Positions 13,894 through 27,203 of a DNA stretch of 64,000 nt are shown here, in pieces (positions within the stretch are counted from its first letter, which is position 1; each line of letters opens with the position of its first letter). The translations under genes were made by a program, and so were the position numbers. Source of the stretch: Ruditapes philippinarum (taxonomy: Eukaryota); contig NW_026860675.1 in the NCBI RefSeq assembly GCF_026571515.1, forward strand, positions 1 through 64,000, in the 5' to 3' direction. The notes under the pieces are model-generated. The model was not told the DNA's origin, searched no databases, and saw only the letters and a list, made by a program, of their open reading frames with translations.

Positions 13894-14061
13894 TATATGA
13901 AACGAGTTAGTTACGGGGGTATAACACTGACTGGGGCGACATCGAAGGATGTTTCTGCTAAAAAGTACGAGGCCGAGACGACCGAGACATTTTTTTGCAG
14001 AAACATCCCGAGATGTCGCCCCAGCGAGTGTTATACCCCCGTAACTAACTCATTTCATATA
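13894..14061. repeat. 168-bp near-perfect palindrome (~70-bp arms); most of the left arm is deleted in copy C (~20955)
   Basis: tatatgaaacgagttagttacgggggtataacact...agtgttatacccccgtaactaactcatttcatata around a gaggccgagacgaccgag core. Confidence 0.85.
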
Positions 14062-15087
14062 TCATAACTGTTTTATCGCAATCAATGAATCAATGGTAAA
14101 AACTGCAATGCTAAATATAAATTCAGTTTTCAAGTGCACTGAATATAATGGGTTAGTAAGAACAAAGAAAAAAGTTCCAAACCATGCGATAATGACAAAT
14201 AGTAAAGCTAATTTTTGTGGATATTTTGATTCTAAGGCTTTATACAGAACTCAATGTGTTACAACATAGAATAAAGATCTGGAGACGTACTGTTTTAGAG
14301 TCATAGCTATTTTTTTTCTTTTAACAAAAGAGACCGATTCAGGTATAAACCATATGTTAACTTTTTAAAAAAAATGTTAAAATTGACTACTTTTTATTTC
14401 ATTTTCATTCTTGTCATATCAATGAAGTTCATTTACAGAATATCATTTCTCCTGGATAAAGGATGATGACAGCATTCGGGAGCACTGACTGTAAGATAAG
14501 TACAAGTAAACATAAAGTAAATCATAAAAAATAAAGATTAAGCATTCACCCCTTGCCCATCTCAGGCCCCTTTTAACATGATTTGCACTGAATTTTAACA
14601 GTAGATATTTCCTTTTGTGTAGAAAAAAACCTAAACATAGAGTGATACAAGATTGAACTATTTAACATATTCAAGAGGTCTGAGGTTGAAAATAAATGGT
14701 ACATCATTGGTCAACTCGTGAAGAAATATATCTGTTTCAAAGTTTAATCACAACCTAAGACTCACTTTTAAAGAAAATGAACATTACATAGCCATATTCA
14801 AAGTTAATTGCAAAGAAAACAATGTATTTCTAAATCTTCTTTATCTTTGGTTTGCGTAGGATTTTGGAAGATAAATTCAAGCTTTGCTCAACTTATTTAT
14901 TTCTTTAATAACACATGCAATTTGCAGACTCGTTCTTTTAGATTCAGTTCAGTTAGTGTGCTTTTATTATTCGATATAAATTCAGTATTTGGCATAATTA
15001 TGATAGGTATACGGTAGTTTAAATTTATTTCATAACAATTTAAAATATAACATTGATAATTATGGACAAATAATTATATTTAGAAAA

Positions 15088-15365
15088 AACGAGATGGCGG
15101 CGACGGATTGGACATGTCTTTACATATGCCTCCTGACTCGCTACCTACGGTTGCTTTTCGATGGACAACCGATTTCCAGAGGGAAAAAAGAACAGAGGCC
15201 GAACAGAGAAACCCTTGTTGCGAATCGCAAAGAAGGGCCTGAAGAACTTTGGTCAAACAATGGCGCCGGGCCTCGTGTAGCTGCAGATAAAACCAGATGG
15301 AGATCATTTGTAGTTGCAACAGGCTCCAGGCAGCATAGGCGAGATTTTCTTATAAATGAATGAAT
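15088..15365 (+). mobile_element. RTE-clade LINE 3' fragment, copy B
   Basis: Paralog of 2981-3261 within the tandem unit. Confidence 0.7.
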
Positions 15366-16567
15366 AAACCTCCAATGCTTTCATTGTGATGATATGTCAT
15401 GTACTTAATATCATATCTTTTTTAATTCATTTATCGTATAATATACCAGAAATGAAAATATACTACGAACATTTTAGGTTTATTAAAAAAGAGTGTCTAA
15501 AAAGAAATTGAACATTTTAGAAAATCAAACTAAAACAACTTGAAAGAAAACTAAATAACACGCATAAAGTTGATCATGTGAGAGCTATAAATTAACAATA
15601 GATACATTAACATTCACATTTAGAGCACTTATAAATATTTCACAGCATACTAAGCTCGTATTAGGTTGTTTTTTCTTCACCGATAATGTCATGAAAAAAA
15701 CATGGATACATGAAGCGCTTTATCGCCTTAAAATGATTCAAAATCATAAGCTTAAGTTTAATGACTTATAGACATTGTTACTGCTCACAATTCCGATCGG
15801 AACATCTCAGTTATTATTCATAATAAGTCCTTATCCGAAGATTGACGTAAAGGGCCGGAAAGTTGCGATTGCGACAGTCATTGGCAACGGCACGTAAATT
15901 CATTTACGGTTCGACGTTCTTTAAAAGCAATTGTGAGTGAAGAAAATTTTGCTCAAAAAGGAAACATAATTTAATAAAAATGTTTAGAAGTTCACAAACG
16001 GGGTGTGTGGGGGTCACGTTTTTACGGTTTGTTTAAAGTAAAGGTTGAAAGTCAAAACGGTTGTTTGTTCTAATTACACTATCCATTGGCCTTATGAAAT
16101 GGTCATTATTGAATCAAGATCATTCAACGAATACAGTTATATTGACAAGATGTTAGGAAATTGTTCGAAAGTTAACTAGATCATCTGTTCTCCAAACTGA
16201 GCAACCAGACCAACATTTTCCGCTGTGCTTAAAAGTGTATAAAACTATATCTGACTAAAAAAATAACGAAAATTAGAAAAAAAACAGTAAAATTATGATT
16301 TTTTTCATAACCTTATGATCATCTATCTATCCGATTATTTGTTTATAGAATGATAATGTAATATGATAAACGTGAATATTGTACGTAAACAGAATTAAAT
16401 GTTCCGTAAATATTCAAAATATTCAGCTGCTTCTTGATGATTTCACGCATGTATACAAATATGTTTAGTTCTAGGTATTTTTTCTTAATTTTTAATCATT
16501 TTACAATCCACGGCTAGCAAATATATAGCTTTATTACACTTTAAACAAAGGTCTCCTCATGTCAATT

Positions 16568-16951
16568 GTATCATAGTTTGGAGACCTTTCTGTTGAAAAT
16601 GTGTCAGGGTTAAATCGTATACATATACATGCACAGTGCGTTAACTGGAGTGCGGGTATTAGTTACCCGCACTCCAGAGCATGCCCATTGATTGGTTCAT
16701 TTTTGCTGGGGTTTACATATTTTGACGGCAGAGAAAGGGAAAGCGACAGAAATGTCGTATTCAGATGTTTGTTCATTGGTTCATTTTTGCCGGGGTTTCA
16801 TATTGTGACAACAGGGAACGCGCTTTTATGTTTGACTATGATACAAAAGAGAAAGAACACCAAAACACTCGGCAATCTGATTAATACTCGGGGGCTACGC
16901 CCCCTCGTACAAATCAGATAGCCTCGTGTTTCGGTGCTCTTTCTATTACTT
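16568..16951. mobile_element. 384-bp non-autonomous hairpin element (asymmetric IR plus terminal palindrome; possibly Crypton/YR-type)
   Basis: Absent in copy C (gtcaatt|aacataag near 24747). IR ttgtatcatagt (16566-16577) / actatgatacaa (16835-16846), palindrome 16850-16944, internal 14-bp stem 16645-16677. Confidence 0.75.
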
Positions 16952-19606
16952 AACATAAGCTTGGTGATAAAATATATGGATCTAACAGCTGAGTGATTGT
17001 TGAACATAGTTGAGAGTGCTACATTTACAATATTAACAAATAATCAATTAATGAATATGTTACAATATTCAATAAAATTAATTTATTTCTCGGATACACT
17101 TTAAAGTGACCTTAAGCTTTTATTTTTTGTTGGAAAAATAAGTATGTGTTGTTTCAAACTAAAGTATTTCAGTAATTTATTTTGGAAAAGTTAATCGTAT
17201 CACTGATAATTAAGCCTTCTTCAATCAAACCGCCATCCCGAGAGCTATTGACGTTCGCTTCTAAAAATAGAAGGTAGGGTGGAACGAGCCGTCCGCTTAA
17301 CTTATGCGGACCAGTAGATTAGATATATCGAGGGGTTTTCTTATTGTTTATGTATTTTATCGTCAGCAAAATTCATTTTCCACCTTGACAATTATATGAA
17401 ATGATTTATCTAAAAATAACATATTTAACCTTAAGACAAGCTGAAACCGCTTTAAGAGCTTGGTCTATAAAGAATATCCGTAACAATATTGTAATTGCCA
17501 TCCTAAACTCGATAATTAGAATGCAGAAAGTTAGATTAAAATATGATTAATAAGTGATGCTAAGAAAAACACATATTAATAATTTATTATTCACTATCTT
17601 TGTTCGAAATAATTCCATGAAATCATAAAATTAATGTACAAATGCTAGGCCTTTTTCAGATGAAAAGATAAATGATGTGCTTTTTGGAAATAAATAATTA
17701 AGTTTCTGTCGATTTTCACTGAATATATAGGAACAAAATATTTTATTGCTACATTAAGAAGCAGGCGAAGACCATCAAACGGTTACGGTATAGCGGCATT
17801 TATTCGTCCTTACGGAACTGGAACGCGATCGCACTGGAACGAAACCAGGTACGGGTTACCAAGTTCTTGCGAGTACATTTAGGTAAATTTCCTTTATTTT
17901 TTCTGACAGTGACAAGGCGGTTCTGTGATAGATTATCACACGTTAGTATCCTGATAGTTTATCAGTCACATGTAGATAAGCCAGCAAGTTTTAAGAATTG
18001 TTCTTGATATTGCAGCCGGTATTAAATTATAAGCAAAAAACACGGATGCTATGGAAAAAAAACTTTGCTTTTCCTATGTAATATTTTATAATACGTAAAA
18101 ACGGTCATTAAGGTGCAAACAAACTTTAAAAATTAGTTCCGATATCGTACAGGATATCATATAGTAAAAGCAGACAAATGCAGGGTACTTTTAAACTAAT
18201 ATGAATATGACTTACTTTTTTACCAAAACATACATTTTTTCTTGCCACCAAAGTGAAAATCATAAATCAGAAATAAATATATCAAATACTGCAAACGGTG
18301 TAGATTCTAGAAAAAGTTGAAAAGGAACACACAAAAAAAAACTCAAAACAAACACCCATTAGCGCTATGGAAAAATCATAGATTTTATTTAAAATAATTT
18401 TACCTGACAAAAATGTCACAAAATCTGCTTTATAAACATATCTCTCAAGATGCAGAATATATACAGAATATCTGGTATCAACTTACATTCATTTAATCTT
18501 ACCACATGTTTCACTGATATTTTATATATCAAATCAAAAATATTGCAAAAAAGAAAGAAAAGGAAAAATGAAAGAGTATATCTACATTATTTGCATCTAA
18601 CATATTGGTTGCCCATTATGCCCTAGAAATAATTTTATTTTTATTTCTGTAAAGCGTTTTAGTTTCCAAATTGTTTCCAAAAAGTTCCTCATAAGCAAAA
18701 CATCTGAACCACTCTTTGCTTCTATTGCTTTTTTTGGCACCTAATACGAATTATAATAGGTGTTACCTTATTTAAATAAAGATATTATTATTATTGTTGT
18801 TGTTGTTGTTAAGTATTTTGTATGGAGGCCAAACAACTAGTACTGCTTTGTTTATATTTTGCCTCTTTTATGACAAATAATTTCACATTCAGCGCTACTT
18901 CCTTTAAGTAATAAACATATAACATGCTCTGAAACTATAATTTAAATATTATTATACCTCTGTTTACCATTTGTAAAGATGAAACAAATTTTAATTGCTT
19001 CTGAGGCATAATGTGCCTTTAAAAATTTGAAAGTTACAGGTATGTAATGACTGCATGCGAAGCGAATTTTAACATGATATTGATCTACTCTACTTTTCGT
19101 AAAAGTTAAATTAGTATCAGGCCAACAGCGTGGTTATTATGAGGATTAATTCAATATGCTAGAATGTGAATGCACCTCGTAGCATGGCATAAAATAGCTA
19201 TGGCAATAGAAAATTGTCCTCTATGACATGAAACACATTGGTATGGATTATTAACCAAACATTAAATTCTAAATAATATTATATATATACTAACTGTAAA
19301 CAAATTTTATGTTTGGTAATTGAGTCGCAGCCCTTTGATATCAAAGCGGAAAATGAATGATATATTTTAACTGTCTCATTTATGACGCCATAACAAAATA
19401 TAACAAAACCTGAAAAAACCAGTTTCTATGCTATGTTTCTTGTGGGAAAATTTAAAGATGTACAAAATCACACGGGGAAGAAGAAGTTATCTGGCATTTA
19501 GAAATTGAAAAATTATTTTGAATTATTATTCTTTGTCTGGGCTGTTCAATTGTATACTATTACATAACACGAGTTAGAGCAAGTTATCATGTTATTGTTT
19601 TATCAT

Positions 19607-19914
19607 GTTTTAGCCCGACTACTCTGAGCATATAGGGGGGGGGGGGGCTATTGTGTTGCGTTGGCGCCACATTTTGTTTGTTGTTTTTTGCGAGCAATTT
19701 GGTATCTCCGAAACTGAAAGGGATGGATTTAAACATCACACAATTATTTGAGAGCATATAGGAGGTCAGTGTCCAAGATCACTAACTCTTACATGGATTT
19801 TGATAGAATTATGACCCTGTCTATACTTAGAAATTTCTTCATTATTCAGGCTCTTGTTTTTTTAATCAAGCACTGAGAATAGTCAAGCACGCTATTTCAA
19901 CTGACAATTCTTGT
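19607..19914 (+). mobile_element. HINE-like element, copy B
   Basis: Paralog of 9949-10251. Confidence 0.55.
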
Positions 19915-22100
19915 TATTTTGACAAATTGTTGTTGACATTATTGGCAAGAGGGATGAAAAGTAATACTATACTTTTTGTAAAAACATTGATACTAGTAAC
20001 GATAATGTGCACAGTAGCGAACGCTGGAAGCACGTGGCAAACGCGTGCGTCCCTGCAGTGTAATTGTCTTTTGAGTGTTCGTTTTTACCCGGCTGATGTT
20101 ATTCTATTGTATGAAATATATACTGTATAAGCTTCGAATTTTAGAACGGAATTCTACTTACAGCTGTTCGTTTGAAATGCTTCTAAGTGTCATAAATTTT
20201 GTTTAATAAGTTTAAAAAATTTAATAACATTTAATATTACTAATTAAATATAATGGTAATATATGTTTTGGTATACATATTGTCTAGGCCATCTAAGTAT
20301 TGATTGTAAACAGCGCTTCCTGTATTAGAACAAGGTGCACATTTGTTTATTCGTCGGCTTTAAATATATGTGTATTCTTTAATAATTTTCTATTACATCA
20401 ATTTTAATTTTATAATAATAAACAATCGATAGTGCCATATTGTCACAAAATACACCTGTCATAAATCACTAAACTGAACCCTTACATTAAAACCCCACGA
20501 TTTATGACGACCAATTATCAGTTCTAACATTTTCAATTTCTTATCTGACCTCGGACTTATGCATGTGACCTTGACCTTTGCCAAAGGGACCTTGAATGTG
20601 TGCAAACACAATGCCTAACAATGTTGATCATTCCGGCTAAATTATAAAATAACCCTACTATGTATGTTGAAGACAATGGTAAAGTATTTTCAACTGATAT
20701 CTAGTTGTGACCTTGACCTTGTAACTTTCTGGCTGGTGTTCCAAAATATGTAGATTTTAAAATACAATTGAACTCCAATGGTTTTGAAGTGACAGTGTTA
20801 CATTCAGTTATACCATAAAGATATGTAAAAAGAAATAGGTTTAAATAAAAAATAGCACGTGCTAGCACTGACCATACTAGTGCCCCCGTAGCAACAATAG
20901 CTGTACTAGTACTTTCAGCGCTTTGATTATATCTATATGTAATAATTCAAGTACATATATATCGAGGGGTGTTTCTGCTAAAAAAAGTCCGAGGCCGAGA
21001 CGACCGAGACATTTTTTTGCAGAAACATCCCAAGATGTCGCCCCAGCGAGTGTTAAACCCCCGTAACTAACTCATTTCATATATCATAACTGTTTTATCG
21101 CAATCAATGAATCAGTGGTAAAAACTGCAATGCTAAATATAAATTCAGTTTTCAAGTGCACTGAATATAATGGGTAAGTAAGAACAAACAAAAAAAGTTC
21201 TAAACCATGCGATAATGACAAATAGTAAAGCTAATTATTGTGGATATTTTGATTCTAAGGCTTTATACAGAAATCAATGTGTACACTTTACAACATAGAA
21301 TAAAGATCTGGAGACGCTCTGTTTTAGAGTCATAGCTTTTTTTTCTTTTAACAAAAGAGACCGATTCAGGTATAATCCATATGTTAAGTTTTTTTAAAGA
21401 AAAATGTTAAAATTTGACTGCTTTTTATTTCATTTTCATTCTTGTCATATCAATGAAGTTCATTTACAGAAAATCATTTCTCCTGGATAAAGGATGGTGA
21501 CAGCATTCGGAAGCACTGAATGTAAGATAAGTACAAGTAAACATAAAGTAAATCATAAAAAATAAAGATTCAGCATTCACCCCTTGCCCATCTCAGGCCC
21601 CTTTTAATATAATTTGCACTGAATTTTAACAGTAGATATTTCTTTTTGTGTAGAAAAAAAACCTAAACATAGAGTGATACAAGATTGAACTATTTAACAT
21701 ATTTAAGAGGTCTGAGGTTGAAAATAAATGGTACATCATTGGTCAACTCGTGAAGAAATATATCTGCTGACCTGTTTCAAAGTTTAATCACAACCTAAGA
21801 CTCACTTTTAAAGAAAATGAACATTACATAGCCATATTCAAATTTAATTGCAAAGAAAACATTGTATTTCTAAATCTTCTTCATCTTTGGTGGAAGATAA
21901 ATTCAAGCTTTGCTCAACTTATTTATATGCAATTTGCAGACTCGTTTTTTTTAAATTCAGTTCAGTTATTGTGCTTTTATTATTCGATATAAATTCAGTA
22001 TTTGGCATAATTATGATATGTATACGGTAGTTTAAATTTATTTCATAACAATTTAAAATATAACGTTGATAATTATGGACAAATAACGATATTTCAAAAA

Positions 22101-22381
22101 AACGAGATGGCGGCGACGGATTGGACATGTCTTACATATGCCTCCTGACTCGCTACCTATGGTTGCTTTTCGGTGGACACCCGAGTTTCCAGAGGGAAAA
22201 AAGGAACATAGACCGAACAAGAGAAACCCTTGTGGCGAATCGCAAAGTAAGAACCTGAAGAACTTTGGTCAAACAATAACGCTGGGCCTCGTATAGTTGC
22301 AAATAAAACCAGATGGAGATCATTTGTAGTTGCAACAGGCTCCAGGCAGCATAGGCGAGATTTTCTTATAAATGAATGAAT
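22101..22381 (+). mobile_element. RTE-clade LINE 3' fragment, copy C
   Basis: Paralog of 2981-3261 within the tandem unit. Confidence 0.7.
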
Positions 22382-22815
22382 CCAATGCTTTCATTGTGAT
22401 GTTATGTCATGTACTTAATATCATATCTTTTTTAATTCATTTATCGTATAATATACCAGAAATGAAAATATACTACGAACATTTTAGGTTTATTGACAAG
22501 CTAGGTATATCCTTTGATTCTCAAAAAGAGTGTCTAAAAAGAAATTGAACATGTTAGAAAATCAAACTAAAACAACTTGAAAGAAAACTAAATAACACGC
22601 ATAAAGTTGATCATGTCAGAGCTATAAATTAACAATACATACATTAACATTCACATTTAGAGCACTAATAAATATTTCACAGTATACTAAGCTCGTATTA
22701 GGTTGTTTTTTCTTTACCGATGACGTCATGAAAAAAACATGGATACATGAAGCGCTTTATCGCCTTAAAATTGACTTATAGACATTGTTACTGCTCACAA
22801 TTCCAATCGGAACAT

Positions 22816-22928
22816 TTTTTGTTTGTTTTGTTTTGGGTTTTACGTCACATCGACACAGTATAGGTCATATCGCGACCTGAGTAGCACCACCGACGTTCCG
22901 TAAGCTAGCTGGATAGCTTCCTCATATG
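22816..22928 (-). mobile_element. 5'-truncated SINE with 12-bp TSD CAATCGGAACAT
   Basis: Absent in copy B. TSD at 22804-22815 and 22929-22940. The minus-strand 3' end is gacgtaaaacccaaaacaaaacaaac. Confidence 0.8.
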
Positions 22929-25900
22929 CAATCGGAACATCTCAGTTATTATTCATAATAAGTCCTTATCCGAAGATTTTGCGACAGTCACTGGCAACGG
23001 AACGAAATTTCATTTCCGGTTCGACCTTTAATTAAACAGCAATTGTGAGTGAAGAAAAAAATTTTGCTCAAAAAGATAATTTAATAAAAATGTTTAGGAG
23101 TTCACAATCGGATGTGTGGGGGTAATTTTTTTACGATTTGTTTAAAGTAAAGATTGAAAGTCAAAACGGTTGTTTTTTTTAATCAGAATATTCATTGGCC
23201 TAACGAAATGGTCATTATTGAATTTAGATCATTCAACGAATACAGTTACATTTACAAGATGTAAGGAATTTTTTTCGAAAGTCAACTAGATCATCTGTTC
23301 TCCAAACTGAGCAACCAGGCCAACATTTTCCGCTGTGCTTAAAACAGTAACATTATGATGTTTTCATAACCTTATGATCATCTATTCGATGATTTGTAAC
23401 ATAGAATGATAATGTAATATGATAAACGTGAATATTATACGTAAACAGAATTAAATGTTCCGTAAATATTCTAAATATCCAGCTGCTTCTTTTATAGGTT
23501 TGGCGATGATTTCACGCATGTAAACAAATATGTTTAGTTCTAGATATTTTTTCTTAATTTTTTCATGTACTTAATATAATATCTTTTTTAATTCATTTAT
23601 CGTATATGTAATATACCAGAAATGAAAATATACCACGAACATTTTAGGTTTATTAACATTTTAGAAAAACAAACTAAAACAACTTGAAAGAAAACGAAAT
23701 AACACGCATAAAGTTGATCATGTCAGAGCTATAAATTAACAATACATTCATTAACATTCACATTTAGAGCACTAATAAATATTTCACAGCATACTAAGCT
23801 AGTATTAGGTTGTTATTTTTTTCTTCAACGTTGACGTCATGAAAAAAACATGGATATATGAAGCGCTTTATCGCCTTAAAATGATTCACAATCATAAGCT
23901 TCAATGACTTATAGGCATTGTGACTACCACAATTCCAATCGGAATATATCGGCTATTATTCATAATAAGTTCTTATCCGAAGATTGATGGAAAGGGCCGA
24001 AAGGCTGCAATTGCGACAACTCCTTATGCTTGATCACTGGCAACGGCACGAATATTTCATTTACGATTCGACGTTATAAACATGTCCTTTAATAGCAATT
24101 GTGAGTGAAGAAAATTTCGCTCAAAAAAAGGAAACATAAAGTTAATAAAGTGTTTATGAGTTCACAATCGGGTGAGTGTGGGGGTGGGGGGAGGTAACAA
24201 TTTTACGGTTTGTTTAAAGTAAAGATTGAAAGTCAAAACGGTTGTTTGTTCTAATCAGACTATCCATTGGCCTTACGAAGTGGTCATAATTAAATCAAGA
24301 TCATTCAATGAATACAGTTACATTATGTAAGGATTGTTTGCAAGTCAACTAGATCATCTGTTCTTCAAACTGAGCAACCAGACCACCATTTTTGCCGCTG
24401 CGCTTAAATGTGTATAAAACTATATCTGACTAAAAAATTTATAAAAATTTAAAAACAGTAACATAATTATGTTTTCATAGCCTTATGATCATCTGTTCGA
24501 AGATGTTTGTAACATAGAATGTCTGTGTAATATAATAAACGTGAATATTATACGTAGATCTAAACAGAATTAAATGTTCCGTAAATATTCAAAACTTAAA
24601 GCTGCTTCTTTAATAGGTTTGGCGACGATTTAACGCATGTAGACAAATATTTTAAATTCTATGTATTTTTTAATCATTTTACAATCCACATGTAGCAAAT
24701 ATATAGCTTTTAAAAACTTTTAACACAAAGGTCCCCTCATGTCAATTAACATAAGGTTGTTGATAAAATATATGGATCTAGCAGCTGAGTGATTGTTGAA
24801 CATAGTTGAGAGTGCTACATTTACAATATTAACAAACTATAAATTAATGAATATGTTACAATATTCAATAAAATTAATTTATTTCTCGGATACACTTTAA
24901 AGTGACCTTAAGCTTTAATTTTTTGTTGGAAAAATAAGTATGTGTTGTTTCAAACTAAAGTATTTCAGTAATTTATTTTGGAAAAGTTAATCGTATCACT
25001 GATAATTAAGCCTTCTTTAACCGAGAGCTATTGACGTTCGCTTCTAAAAATAGAAGGTATGGTGGAACGAACAGTCCGCTTAACTTATGCGGACCAGTAG
25101 ATTATATATATCGAGGGGTTTCCTTATTGTTTATGTATTTCATCGTCAGCAAAATTCATTTTCCACTTTGACAATTATATGAAACGATTTATCTAAAAAT
25201 AAAATATTTAACCTTAAGACAAGCTGAAACCGCTTTAAGAGTTTGGTCTATAAAGAATATCCGCAACAATATTGTAATTGCCATCCTAAACTCGATAATT
25301 AGAATGCAGAAAATTAGATTAAAATATGATTAATAAGTGATGCGAAGAAAAAACACATATTAATAATTTATTATTCACTATCTTCGTTCGAAATAATTCC
25401 ATGAAATCATAAAATTAATGTACAAATGCTAGGCCTTTTTAAGATGAAAAGATAAATAATGTGCTTTTGGTAAAGAAATTATTAAGTTTCTGTCGATTTT
25501 CACTGAATATATTGGAACAAAATATTTTATTGCTACATTAAGAAGCAGGCGAAGACCATCAAACGGTTACGGTATAGCGGCATTTATTCGTCCTTACGGA
25601 ACTGGAACGCGAAAGCACTGGAACGAAACCAGGTACGGGTTACCAAGTTCTTGCGAGTACATTTAGGTAAATTTCCTTTATTTTTTCTGACAGTGACAAG
25701 GCGTTTCTGTGATGCAGAATTTATACAGAATATCTATAATCAACTTACATTCATTTCATCTTGTCACATGTTTCAATGATACTTACTTCTATATCAAATA
25801 CTTCTATATCAAATCAAAAATATTGCAAAAAAAAGAAAGAAAAGGAAAAATGAAAGAAAATATCTATACATTATTTGCATCTAACATATTGGTTAAATGC

Positions 25901-26898
25901 CCAGTATGCCCTAGAAATATTTTTCTGTAAAGCGTTTTATTTTTGGTTTTCTATTAAAGTTTCCAAATAGTTTCCGAAAAGTTCCTCATAAGCCAAATAT
26001 CTGAACCACCCTTTGCTTCTATTGTTTTTTATTGTTGTTTTTTTTTCGCACCTAATACAAATTATAATAGGTGTTATACCTTATTTAAATAAAGATATTA
26101 TTATTATTATTGTTGTTGTTGTTGCTGCTGTTGTTGTTGTTAAGTATTTTGTATGGAAGCCAACATACTAGTACTGCTTTGTTGATATTTTGCCTCTTTT
26201 ATGACAAATAATTTCACATTCAGAGCTACTTCCTTTAAGTAATAAACATATAACTTGCTCTGAAACTATAATTTAAACATTATTATACCCCTGTTTACCC
26301 TTTGTAAAGATGAAACAAATTTTAATTGCTTCATAATGTGCCTTTAAAAATTTGCAAGTTACAGGTATGTAATGACTGCATGCGAAGCGAATTTTAACAT
26401 GATATTGATCTACCTTACCTTTTAGTAAAAGTTATATTAACAACAGGTTATTATGATGATTAATTCAATATGCTAGAATGTGAATGCATCTCGTAGCATG
26501 GCATAACATAGCTACGGAAAATTGTCCTCTATAACATCAAACATACTGGTATGGATTATTTACCAAACAGTAAATACTAAATAATACAAATTAAAATACT
26601 AGCTATATAAACAAATTTTATGTTTGATAATTGAGTCGCAGCCCTTTGATATCGAAGCGGAAAATGAATGATATATTTTAACTGTCTCATTTATGACGCC
26701 ATAAACAAAACCGGAAAGAACTCAATTTCTTTACTGTCTTTTTTTTGAAAATTTATAGATGTGCAAAATCACACGAGAATGAAGAAGATATCTGGCATGT
26801 ATAAATTGAAAAATAATATTGAATGATTCTTTGGCTGGAATATTCAATTGTATACTATTACATAACACGAGTTTGAGCAAGTTATCACGTTATTGCTC

Positions 26899-27203
26899 AT
26901 TTTTAGCTCGACTGTTCAAAGAATAGGGAGGGCCATTGTGTTCACGTTGAGGTCGGCGTCACAATTTGGGTTTTTGCGTGCAAGTTGGTATCTCCGAAAT
27001 TACTGAAAGAGATGGATTCAAACATCGCACACTTATTTAAGAGCATATTGGAGGTCAATGTCCAAAATCATAAATTCTAGCATGGATTTTGATAGAATTA
27101 TGACTCCTTCTGTACTTAAAAAATTCTATATTATTCAGGCTCTTGTTTTACAATCAATCACTGAAAATAGTCAGGCACGCTATTGCTACTGACAGTTCTT
27201 GTT
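26899..27203 (+). mobile_element. HINE-like element, copy C
   Basis: Paralog of 9949-10251. Confidence 0.55.

Larger units (their letters stand above)
13867..20930. repeat. ~7.1-kb tandem segmental unit, copy B
   Basis: Starts atctatatgtaataattcaagtac, which recurs at 20931; colinear with copy C throughout. Confidence 0.92.
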
